DNA of 26,069 bases, taken from positions 1 to 26,069 of the forward strand of contig JBDRHP010000060.1 of the NCBI GenBank assembly GCA_043816785.1, read 5' to 3'. Of the stretch, positions 1 to 7,976 are shown piece by piece. Each line of letters begins with the position of its first letter. The first letter of the stretch is position 1. A model generated the notes under the pieces. The model did not search any database. It was given only the letters and a program-made list of their open reading frames with translations, and was not told the DNA's origin. Both the position numbers and the translations under genes were made by a program. Origin of the DNA: Candidatus Margulisiibacteriota bacterium (GTDB taxonomy: Bacteria; Margulisbacteria; WOR-1; O2-12-FULL-45-9).

Positions 1-127
1 GCACCTAAAAGGAAAACAAGAATGGCTCATAAGCCCCAAATTAGCACAACAAATGGCATAGGAAAGACTCTGTCCATGAAACCGCGACGTTTAGTCGCAG
101 GTTTCATGAGTGTTATTGGACACCCTC
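1..127 (+). mobile_element. Right end of an IS1182-like insertion sequence (partial): end of an ORF, subterminal hairpin and right terminal inverted repeat GTTATTGGACACCCTC (112-127)
   Basis: 112-127 is the exact reverse complement of GAGGGTGTCCAATAAC (25931-25946), which precedes an IS1182-like transposase start. Frame 2 reads HLKGKQEWLISPKLAQQMA* (2-61), plausibly the transposase C-terminus. Confidence 0.7.
75..108 (+). repeat. Bulged hairpin repeat, right type (GTTTA loop)
   Basis: CATGAAACC-GCGAC-GTTTA-GTCGC-A-GGTTTCATG; core identical to the copies at 5355 and 8532. Confidence 0.9.
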
Positions 128-187
128 CTTTGGGAGAAGGGCATTAAATAGTAAATAAAGATTAAAGAATAAATTGGGATGAGGGCA
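128..187. repeat. Half of a palindromic repeat (CTTTGGGAGAAGGG...GGGATGAGGGCA), putative IS target
   Basis: Both motifs occur as reverse complements at 25883-25930 with a different spacer. Confidence 0.65.
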
Positions 188-207
188 GGGATTAACCCTC
201 AGAAGTA

Positions 208-1386
208 ATGTATAAATACCTCCAATCATTAGAAAAGTTTGGTATTAACCTTGGTTTAAAAAGAATCACGCATCTACTTGATAGACTAGAAAATCCTCAG
301 CTAAAATTCAAATCCATCCACATTGCTGGCACTAACGGTAAAGGTTCAACCGCGGCGATGACCGCTTCGATCTTAAAAGAGGCTGGCTATAAAGTAGGGC
401 TTTATACTTCGCCGCATATTCTTGATTATACTGAGCGGATTAAAATTAACGGTAAGGATATTTCCGGGAGTGAACTGGAAGAGGGGTTAAGAAGGGTTAA
501 GAGGGCCTCAGAGGGCTTGAAGAAGGGGAAGAAGGCTGAGCCAACAATATTCGAAGTTTTAACTGCTGTTGCGTTCTGGTATTTTGCTAAAAAGAAGGTT
601 GATGTTGCGGTGGTTGAAGTTGGGCTAGGGGGCAGGCTGGACGCGACCAATGTTTTGAATCCGCTGGTTTCAATCATTACTAATATTGATTTGGAGCATA
701 CAGAGGTCTTAGGTAGGACCCTGGCAAAGATTGCCAAAGAGAAAGCGGCGATCATTAAGCCAGCAGTTCCGGTGGTTACGGCTGAGACAAAGCCCGAGCC
801 ATTAAGAGTGATCCGAAAAGCCGCGGAAAAGGCTGGTTCTTTGCTGGTTCAGGCTAAAGGTTATGATTCAAAGACGATTCCTAACCTGGCTGGGGAGCAC
901 CAAAAGCTTAATGCCGCGTGTGCTGTTTCAGCAGTCAGGTTGGCCGGAATAAACGTCACCCGCAGCCAAATCGTGAATGGTTTGCGAAAAACTGAGTGGC
1001 CGGGACGCTTTCAAGTCATTTCCCGCAAACCCTTGATAATCATGGATGGCGCGCATAATCCAGCCGGGGCTAAGGCCCTCAAGGTGACGATTCAGCAGCG
1101 ATTCCCAGGCAAGTATACGGTCATCTATGGCTGTCAGAAGACCAAGGATTTTAAGAAGTTTTTGCAGGAGCTTAAGCCCATCATAGGCCAGCTTATCATC
1201 ACCTCTTCATCACATAACCAGGCAGCTGATCCCAGGGCCATTGCCCGCTGGGCAAATAGTCAAATGCCCGTTCATCTGGCTCACACAGTGGGTGTTGCTG
1301 TGCTTAGATGGGATGGGAAATCACCGCTGCTGATCACTGGGTCGCTCTATCTGGTAGCTGATGTATTCAAGTTGCTATCCGCCTAA
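208..1386 (+). CDS. folC: Folylpolyglutamate/dihydrofolate synthase
   Basis: HIAGTNGKGS, GLYTSPH, EVGLGGRLDATN, WPGR, DGAHN and TGSLYL motifs. Confidence 0.95.
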   Translation: MYKYLQSLEKFGINLGLKRITHLLDRLENPQLKFKSIHIAGTNGKGSTAAMTASILKEAGYKVGLYTSPHILDYTERIKINGKDISGSELEEGLRRVKRASEGLKKGKKAEPTIFEVLTAVAFWYFAKKKVDVAVVEVGLGGRLDATNVLNPLVSIITNIDLEHTEVLGRTLAKIAKEKAAIIKPAVPVVTAETKPEPLRVIRKAAEKAGSLLVQAKGYDSKTIPNLAGEHQKLNAACAVSAVRLAGINVTRSQIVNGLRKTEWPGRFQVISRKPLIIMDGAHNPAGAKALKVTIQQRFPGKYTVIYGCQKTKDFKKFLQELKPIIGQLIITSSSHNQAADPRAIARWANSQMPVHLAHTVGVAVLRWDGKSPLLITGSLYLVADVFKLLSA

Positions 1387-1424
1387 TTTTTCAGTATAAT
1401 TTCAAGAAAAGAAGGAGAAGTATT

Positions 1425-2783
1425 ATGTTTAAAAAATATGTTTTGCTTGTTTTGGTTTTGCTGCTTGGATTTGGATTTAGCTTGAGTGTGATAAACTGTG
1501 CCCAGGTGGTTGAGACATCAACCACTACCACAACTAGTTCTACTACAACAACAACTAGTGTGGCAAATTCATATAATGCAACATCGTTTTCTCTGGGAAG
1601 TAATGTGATTACTTCTGGAAGTCTTAGATCTACGGCTGCTACTGGTGCAAAAGCTTTAGCAGCTTATTCGGTAACTGGTCATGTATATGTTGCTGATTCT
1701 ACTACTCCAATTGAAAATGCCCAAGTTTGGGCTGGCACGACAATTCTTGCTACTACTGCGGCTGATGGCAGCTATACATTAAGTGGCGTGCCGGCTGGCG
1801 ATGTTGTTTTTTCAGCTTTTCCTCCTGACGATGGCAGTCATAACGGAGGTGCTGTGTCAGTAGTTACACAAGCTTCTAATATTGATTTTTATCTTTTTTA
1901 TGTTACTACAAGTGAAATTACATCCTACGGTAGTGTTAATGGCAGCATTACAGATAGCAATGGCAGCGCAGTAGACTCTGCATATGTAAAGATTATTTCT
2001 AAAAAATCCACCTTACCCCTGGCCATGGGCTACTCAACGCAGGCTGATGTTGCAGGAAATTATTCTAATCCTTATGTTTTGGATGGTAATGTTTATGTTG
2101 CATCTGGCAGGCTAGATCTTGGTAATGGTTATACAGCCGGAGGGTCACTTGCTAGTGGCGGCAGCCTTGCTGTTAATGTGCAAATTCCCAGTCAAGAAGG
2201 AACAATCGGTGGCAGCTTTGCTGTGCCTGCTGGCTTTTCATCGTGGGATCTGTCTCAAGGACCTGTAGCTGTTATGGTAGCTGATAATGTGGGATTGGCT
2301 TTGCCAACCTATGAAGTTACATCTTCAACATATAGTGTTCCTGTTCCGGCAAATACTGATTGCGCAGTGTATTTTAGTATTTATTCAACAGATTTTGTAA
2401 AGTATTCAGGAGCTGTGGTTTGTGGTCTGTCCGCTGCAACAGGCGAGTCAGTTACGCAAAATCTAACCTTATATGGTGAGCCTCAAAGCATAGCTTGTTC
2501 TACTGCTGAAGTTGGTGGTAATGTTGTGGCTACGATCACTTGGGAAGCACCAGCTTCCTGGACCCCTGATGTTTATTATGTGAAAGGTTTTATGCCAGCA
2601 ATTAATGGCTTTAACTGGTGGGGGGCGTTCACAGATCAACTCTCAATCGCAGTGCCTGGCAATATTATGCCAGGTGAGTATTGCATAGTTTATGGGCTTA
2701 AAACTTTAACCAGTGTTGATCTTGATGCTGTAGATATTTCAACTATTGATTTTAGCCATTATTCCGGGAGAAGTAATAGATAA
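1425..2783 (+). CDS. Putative lipoprotein with Thr-rich linker and beta-sandwich (carboxypeptidase regulatory-like) repeats
   Basis: AAGGAG RBS; signal peptide ending ..SVINC; poly-Thr stretch; VTGHVY..PIENAQV..DGSYTL and VNGSITD..VDSAYV..GNYS repeats. Confidence 0.7.
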   Translation: MFKKYVLLVLVLLLGFGFSLSVINCAQVVETSTTTTTSSTTTTTSVANSYNATSFSLGSNVITSGSLRSTAATGAKALAAYSVTGHVYVADSTTPIENAQVWAGTTILATTAADGSYTLSGVPAGDVVFSAFPPDDGSHNGGAVSVVTQASNIDFYLFYVTTSEITSYGSVNGSITDSNGSAVDSAYVKIISKKSTLPLAMGYSTQADVAGNYSNPYVLDGNVYVASGRLDLGNGYTAGGSLASGGSLAVNVQIPSQEGTIGGSFAVPAGFSSWDLSQGPVAVMVADNVGLALPTYEVTSSTYSVPVPANTDCAVYFSIYSTDFVKYSGAVVCGLSAATGESVTQNLTLYGEPQSIACSTAEVGGNVVATITWEAPASWTPDVYYVKGFMPAINGFNWWGAFTDQLSIAVPGNIMPGEYCIVYGLKTLTSVDLDAVDISTIDFSHYSGRSNR

Positions 2784-2786
2784 TAC

Positions 2787-3551
2787 ATGAAGGAAAAATT
2801 GCGCCTGGTCAGGACCCTTTTGGAAAAGCGTAATGCCAGGCGAAAAGAAGGTCGTTTTGTAGTTGAAGGTCCGCATCTGGTGGAGGAGGCGGTCGACCAA
2901 CTAGATTTTGTAATTTATTCTGAGCAGCTTCCACTGGTATCCAAGCTGGCAGACCTGGGCGTTGATTGTTATAAGGTTTCCAAAAAACAGTTTGCTGAAG
3001 TTTCAGACGTGGAAACGCCTCAGGGGATCCTGGCTGTTGTTAAGCAGCGGCAGTTTCAGCTGTCAGATCTTTTTAACTCGGTTGAGCCATTAATTGTTTT
3101 TTGTGTTGAAGTTCAGGACCCTGGGAATCTCGGGACAATAATTAGGACAGCGGATGCTGTTGGGGCGGCTGGTGTGGTGCTGGCAAAGGGCACGGTGGAT
3201 CTTTATAACAGCAAGGTGATCCGCTCGACTATGGGGTCGCTGTTTCATCTGCCGATCGTCATGGTTCCAGATACAGTCGCGGCTATTGAACAGCTTAAAA
3301 AGCAACTCGTCAGGCTTATTGCTGCGGATATATTGGGCAGCGATGATTATTTTGATGTTGATTACATTGGAAAAACTGCCATCCTGGTTGGTAATGAAGG
3401 CGCGGGATTGCCAACAAACATAACGGATCTTTGCGATCAAACTGTCAAGATCCCGATGCCTGGGCGTGCGGAATCATTGAATGTTGGGGTTTCCACTGCG
3501 GTAGTGCTTTACGAAGCCTTGAGACAGAGGATGCGCGGAAGATTTGGTTAA
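2787..3551 (+). CDS. TrmH/SpoU family RNA methyltransferase
   Basis: FVVEG, QDPGNLGTIIRTA, GNEGAGL and IPMPGRAESLNV SPOUT motifs. Confidence 0.93.
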   Translation: MKEKLRLVRTLLEKRNARRKEGRFVVEGPHLVEEAVDQLDFVIYSEQLPLVSKLADLGVDCYKVSKKQFAEVSDVETPQGILAVVKQRQFQLSDLFNSVEPLIVFCVEVQDPGNLGTIIRTADAVGAAGVVLAKGTVDLYNSKVIRSTMGSLFHLPIVMVPDTVAAIEQLKKQLVRLIAADILGSDDYFDVDYIGKTAILVGNEGAGLPTNITDLCDQTVKIPMPGRAESLNVGVSTAVVLYEALRQRMRGRFG

Positions 3552-3563
3552 ATATTGATAATT

Positions 3564-4286
3564 ATGAAACAACACGAAACAGCTGAAATCAGGAAAGCCT
3601 TCGCTTTTGAGGAAACAGATGACAATGCTCATTTGTCCTCTAAGTTGGGAATTCAGCGATATGTTATGATGGCTGATCAGATAAAGAAAATATTGGGCGA
3701 TGGAAGGATTTTGGATTGGGGCTGTGGCGCGGGACAGATGTCTTATCTATTAAAAAATCGCGGCCTGGACGTGACCAGCTGCGATATTAGACCGGGAAAC
3801 AGACCCTTGCTTGAAGGAATTGGGCAATCAGTGCAGCAATTGACCGACCAGGTTAAATTGCCTTTTACTGATGCATCTTTTGATGCGGTGCTGTCTTCGG
3901 GAGTACTAGAGCATGTAAATGACCAGTTTGCTTCGCTTAAAGAAATCTCCAGGATATTAAAAGACGGCGGCTACTTTTTTGTTTATATGCTGCCGAATAG
4001 ATATTCTTATGTTGAGTTTATTTCTGATCTTTTAGGACGTGGAGATCATCCGGTCAAATATTCTTTGAAAGAAATTCGCGGGATTGTTGAACAAACGGGC
4101 TTTGAGGTTTCAAGAATGGGGTATCAGAATTTTTTTCCCTATAATTTAAAAGGCTTTCCGAAAATATTAAGAAAGATCTATCACAGCTTTGATGGCCTGA
4201 TTGAAAAGCTGGATTCTCTATTTATCTTCTTGCCCCTCATCAGGAGACTGAGTACCAACCTTGTGGTTGTGGCGAGAAAGAAATAG
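3564..4286 (+). CDS. Class I SAM-dependent methyltransferase
   Basis: ILDWGCGAG, LPFTDASFDAV, LEHV, RILKDGG; ATG 3564 preferred over TTG 3555. Confidence 0.88.
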   Translation: MKQHETAEIRKAFAFEETDDNAHLSSKLGIQRYVMMADQIKKILGDGRILDWGCGAGQMSYLLKNRGLDVTSCDIRPGNRPLLEGIGQSVQQLTDQVKLPFTDASFDAVLSSGVLEHVNDQFASLKEISRILKDGGYFFVYMLPNRYSYVEFISDLLGRGDHPVKYSLKEIRGIVEQTGFEVSRMGYQNFFPYNLKGFPKILRKIYHSFDGLIEKLDSLFIFLPLIRRLSTNLVVVARKK

Positions 4287-4291
4287 GATGT

Positions 4292-5311
4292 ATGGAAGAT
4301 AGAATTAAACGAATAGAAAACGAAGCGCTCCAGGCCATAAATGGGGCAACGAGCCTTCATTCTCTTGAAGATGCTCGGGTCAGATATCTGGGCAAAAAAA
4401 GCGAATTCACACAGCTATTAAGGTCGCTGGGCACAATCCCGCCTGAAGAGCGGCCAAGGATGGGAGCTTTGATCAATGAGACCAAAGGCAAGATCGAACA
4501 AGCTCTGCGCCACAAGAAAATAGCCCTGTCGCAGAGCGAGCAGCAGAATAAGATCGCGGCCAACAGGTTAGATGTGACACTGCCGGGTCAGGGAATTAAA
4601 CGCGGCAAACTACATCCATTTACCAAGACTCTGGAAGAGGTCAAGCGGATTTTTCTTGGTTTGGGATATGAAGTTGCCGAAGGCCCAGAAGTTGAACTTG
4701 ATTATTACAATTTTGATGGATTAAACATTCCGCCGCATCATCCATCACGAGACGCTTTTTCAACATTATTTATAACGGATAAGGTTTTGCTCAGAACCCA
4801 TACCTCGCCGGTTCAGGTGCGCGTAATGGAAAAAAGAAAACCGCCGCTGGCCATTGTTGCCCCTGGCCGAGTTTATCGCCGCGATACTGCGGACGCGACC
4901 CATTCGCCGGTTTTTTATCAAATGGAGGGTTTTCTAGTTGATAAGAATATTACTTTTGGAGATCTCAAGGGCACGCTGACCGAGTTCTTGCGCCAAATGT
5001 TTGGCCGGGATAGAAAAGTTCGTTTTCGACCTAGTTTTTTCCCTTTTACTGAGCCGTCAGCTGAAGTTGATGTTGAATGTATCCTGTGTAATGGCCAAGG
5101 CTGCCGGGTCTGTAAAAATGCCGGCTGGCTGGAGATCCTGGGTTCGGGCATGATCGACCCCAATGTTTTTAAGGCTGTTGGTTATGATCCAGAAAAGTAT
5201 AGCGGCTTTGCTTTTGGCATGGGGATCGAGCGCATCCACATGCTTAAAACTGGGGTTGATAACATACGTTTGTATTATGAAAATGACTTAAGATTTCTGG
5301 AGCAATTCTAA
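4292..5311 (+). CDS. pheS: Phenylalanine--tRNA ligase alpha subunit
   Basis: LLRTHTSPVQ, YRRD, FRPSFFPFTEPS, GFAFGMGIER. Confidence 0.98.
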   Translation: MEDRIKRIENEALQAINGATSLHSLEDARVRYLGKKSEFTQLLRSLGTIPPEERPRMGALINETKGKIEQALRHKKIALSQSEQQNKIAANRLDVTLPGQGIKRGKLHPFTKTLEEVKRIFLGLGYEVAEGPEVELDYYNFDGLNIPPHHPSRDAFSTLFITDKVLLRTHTSPVQVRVMEKRKPPLAIVAPGRVYRRDTADATHSPVFYQMEGFLVDKNITFGDLKGTLTEFLRQMFGRDRKVRFRPSFFPFTEPSAEVDVECILCNGQGCRVCKNAGWLEILGSGMIDPNVFKAVGYDPEKYSGFAFGMGIERIHMLKTGVDNIRLYYENDLRFLEQF

Positions 5312-5316
5312 AATTC

Positions 5317-5348
5317 ATGGAGCCTGAGACTGAACGTCTCGGCTCCAT
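5317..5348 (-). repeat. Bulged hairpin repeat, left type (TGAAC loop on + strand)
   Basis: ATGGAGCC-T-GAGAC-TGAAC-GTCTC-GGCTCCAT. Confidence 0.88.
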
Positions 5349-5354
5349 AAGTGC

Positions 5355-5384
5355 AGGAACCGCGACGTTTAGTCGCAGGTTCCT
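5355..5384 (+). repeat. Bulged hairpin repeat, right type
   Basis: AGGAACC-GCGAC-GTTTA-GTCGC-A-GGTTCCT. Confidence 0.9.
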
Positions 5385-5399
5385 ATTAAGGGAGCAGAA

Positions 5400-7385
5400 A
5401 TGAAAGTTCCGATCAATTGGCTTAAAGAATTAGTGAGCATTAAGGCTAGTCCTGACCAACTGGCCCAAAGGTTGACTATGGCTGGGCTGGAAACGATAGT
5501 TGAGCCAGGCAATATTCTTGAGGTTGATATTATTCCGAACCGCTCTGATTGTTGGAGTGTGCGAGGAATTGCTCGTGAAGTTGCTGCCTTGACCAAGTCC
5601 AGCGTCAAAAGTCCCAAACCAAAACTAACGCAGATCAAAAAGAAAGCCAGCAGTGTGGTTGCGGTTGAGGTCAAAGATAAAGAGCTTTGCCCGCGCTATA
5701 TGGCGCGGGTGATCGAGAATGTGGCCGTAGGTCCTTCGCCTGACTGGCTGAAGAAGCGGTTAGAAAGTGTTGGCATCCGTTCGATAAATAATATTGTTGA
5801 TGTTACGAATTATATGCTGATCGAACTCGGCCAGCCCATGCACGCGTTTGACGCGGGTTTGATCGCAGATAACACGATCGTTGTGCGCCGGGCCAAAGCA
5901 GGGGAAAAGATCAAGGCCCTGGACGAAAATGAATATGAGCTTCGCCATGACATGCTGGTGATTGCTGATACACAAAAGGCGATTGCCATTGCCGGGATAA
6001 TGGGTGCGGCTAACAGTGAAGTCAGGAAAACAACCAAGACCATTGTGCTTGAGTCTGCCTACTTTGACCGGGTCTCGGTGCATAAGACTTCAAAATTTCT
6101 CAAGCTTAGATCAGAATCTTCAGTAAGATTTGAACGAGGTGTTGATTGGGTGGCAGTGGAAGAAGCCGTGGATCGCGCGGCAGCTATGATCGCCAAGCTG
6201 GGCCAGGGTAATGTCCTGGCCGGTAAGATCGATAAGAAGGCCAGGGAGCGAAAACCAAAAGTTATTACTTTGCGGCCAAATAAAGTAAACGAGCTCCTGG
6301 GGACAAATATTTCCAAAGCAGAAGCGGGAGGTATTTTAAAACGATTAGGTTTCAAGGTGTCCGGGAGCCAAGTTGCGATCCCGTTGTTTAGGGCGGCTGA
6401 TGTTTACCGCGAGATCGACCTGATCGAAGAGATCGCCAGGATTTATGGCTATAACAAAGTGGCAGCGACCATGCCTAATACTTCTTTTCCTGGTAAACAG
6501 ATCGATCTTAACGATATCTTCCATGACCAGGTCAGGCAGATAATGGCTGGCTGTGGTCTGAACGAAGTTTACACGGACAGCATGCTCGGTGCAAAAGATT
6601 TTGAACTGGCTGGCCTGGATTATTCTAAGGCTTTAAAGATCGAGAACCCCTTGATCGTTGACCAGAGCTATCTGCGCACCATGATGATCCCCAGTCTCCT
6701 AAAAGTGATCCAACACAATTTGCACCGTCAGATGGAGAATGTGTTTGTTTTTGAGGTTGGCAAGGTTTTCTTGCCAACTGAGCAAAAGCTGCCAAAAGAA
6801 AAGTGGATACTTTGTGTCGCGGCCACTGGTTCGCCGTTTATCAGCGCCATTGATAAAGGGCAGGTTGATTATTCCTACCTCAAAGGCATCATTGAAAATC
6901 TGTTCTTGGCCTTGGGTCTGACTGGAGTTAAATTTGCAGAAGCTAATAACCATTTACTGCAGCCGGGCAGGTCAGCAAATGTTTCCGGTCTGGGTATCAT
7001 TGGCGAGCTGCACTCAGGGATCGCCAAAAATTTCGGCTTTGAGAAACCGGTTTGTTTCTTTGAGATCGATCTTGATGCATTGTTTAAGCTGGCTGCTAAG
7101 CAGAAAAAGTATAAACCCCTGCCGAAGTTTCCCTCGGTGGCGCGAGATATTGCCATGTTCGTGCCTAAGGGGATCGAACACCAGATGATCGTTGACGTGA
7201 TCAGGCAAGTTGGCGGCAGCCTGGTTGAGGACGTTTTCCTGTTCGATAAGTACAAAGACAGTTTGGCTTACCGCATAGTTTACCGCGACCCGGCTAAAAC
7301 ACTGACCGACACAGAGGTTAATCCCAGACACGAGGAGATCGTTAAGACTGTTGAAGCAAAACTCAACGTTAGGATTAGAAGATAG
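5400..7385 (+). CDS. pheT: Phenylalanine--tRNA ligase beta subunit (short form lacking B2 domain)
   Basis: MKVPINWLKE, PNRSD, INNIVDVTNY, GQPMHAFD, DLIEEIARIYGY, FPSVARDIA; follows pheS. Confidence 0.96.
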   Translation: MKVPINWLKELVSIKASPDQLAQRLTMAGLETIVEPGNILEVDIIPNRSDCWSVRGIAREVAALTKSSVKSPKPKLTQIKKKASSVVAVEVKDKELCPRYMARVIENVAVGPSPDWLKKRLESVGIRSINNIVDVTNYMLIELGQPMHAFDAGLIADNTIVVRRAKAGEKIKALDENEYELRHDMLVIADTQKAIAIAGIMGAANSEVRKTTKTIVLESAYFDRVSVHKTSKFLKLRSESSVRFERGVDWVAVEEAVDRAAAMIAKLGQGNVLAGKIDKKARERKPKVITLRPNKVNELLGTNISKAEAGGILKRLGFKVSGSQVAIPLFRAADVYREIDLIEEIARIYGYNKVAATMPNTSFPGKQIDLNDIFHDQVRQIMAGCGLNEVYTDSMLGAKDFELAGLDYSKALKIENPLIVDQSYLRTMMIPSLLKVIQHNLHRQMENVFVFEVGKVFLPTEQKLPKEKWILCVAATGSPFISAIDKGQVDYSYLKGIIENLFLALGLTGVKFAEANNHLLQPGRSANVSGLGIIGELHSGIAKNFGFEKPVCFFEIDLDALFKLAAKQKKYKPLPKFPSVARDIAMFVPKGIEHQMIVDVIRQVGGSLVEDVFLFDKYKDSLAYRIVYRDPAKTLTDTEVNPRHEEIVKTVEAKLNVRIRR

Positions 7386-7403
7386 AGCCGCAGATAATTA
7401 TCG

Positions 7404-7429
7404 TAACCTGCGGCTGAACGCCGCGGTTA
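7404..7429 (-). repeat. Bulged hairpin repeat, left type
   Basis: TAACC-T-GCGGC-TGAAC-GCCGC-GGTTA. Confidence 0.85.
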
Positions 7430-7464
7430 GAAATAATAGCGAGGGTCACTCGCTGTAGCTATAT

Positions 7465-7511
7465 GAGTTGCGACGCCGCGCCTGCCAGCAGGCAGGGTTA
7501 GTCGCAGGCTC
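7465..7511 (+). repeat. Right-type hairpin interrupted by a 21-nt palindromic insert (7476-7496)
   Basis: GAGTT-GCGAC-G[CCGCGCCTGCCAGCAGGCAGG]GTTA-GTCGC-A-GGCTC. Confidence 0.8.
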
Positions 7512-7513
7512 CG

Positions 7514-7915
7514 GTGATGTTCATGTACTACCACTATATTTTCAGAACCTATAAGAAGAAATCTAGTCTGTTATTGCCTGAATTTAAGACAAAATTAGGC
7601 GGTGATTTTGTAAATATCGCTCAGGAAAAAGGCTTTAATCTCATTGCTCATGCGATTCTGGAGGATCATGTCCATATGTTGGTTAAACAGCTTGAGTCGG
7701 ACAAAACTGATTATGTCATGCGCATGTTTAAGGGTATATCTTCTCGAAGATTCTTTCAGGAATATCGATCGAATCCTTTTGAGCATTGTAAATTATAGGG
7801 GAGGGGCTATTATGCCCGTGTAATTACTGAAGAAGAGGTTCCAAAAGTGATAGAATATATAAAGAACCAGATTGGAGCCGATGGCTATGATAAAAGGCAT
7901 TCAACAATTAAATAA
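7514..7915 (+). pseudogene. tnpA: IS200/IS605-family Y1 tyrosine transposase with in-frame TAG at 7796-7798
   Basis: YHYIFRT, DHVHML (HUH) and FKGISSR motifs; the frame continues past TAG as KL*GRGYYARVITEEEVPKVIEYIKNQ... to TAA 7913-7915; TAG sits at the conserved Trp of LWxxxY. Confidence 0.88.
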
Positions 7916-7928
7916 TATTCAAAAGGAC

Positions 7929-7964
7929 AATTGGAACCGCGAGGTTTACTCGCAGGTTCCAATT
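7929..7964 (+). repeat. Bulged hairpin repeat, right type
   Basis: AATTGGAACC-GCGAG-GTTTA-CTCGC-A-GGTTCCAATT. Confidence 0.9.
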
Positions 7965-7976
7965 TGGTGAGTAATC

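Larger units (their letters stand above)
7404..7964 (+). mobile_element. IS200/IS605-like (or RAYT-like) element: Y1 transposase pseudogene flanked by bulged hairpins
   Basis: Hairpins at 7404-7429, 7439-7453 and 7465-7511 upstream and 7929-7964 downstream of a HUH transposase gene; exact element ends not determinable. Confidence 0.8.

Noticed and set aside
5317..5384. Intrinsic terminators or T-box/attenuator for pheST
   Set aside because: No U-tracts or T-box motif; the same hairpins occur at unrelated loci, including inside mutS.
7796..7798. Amber recoding or readthrough in tnpA
   Set aside because: TAG ends normal genes here (4286, pheT 7385, 16164), and no other gene has internal TAGs. 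A TGG-to-TAG nonsense mutation is simpler.
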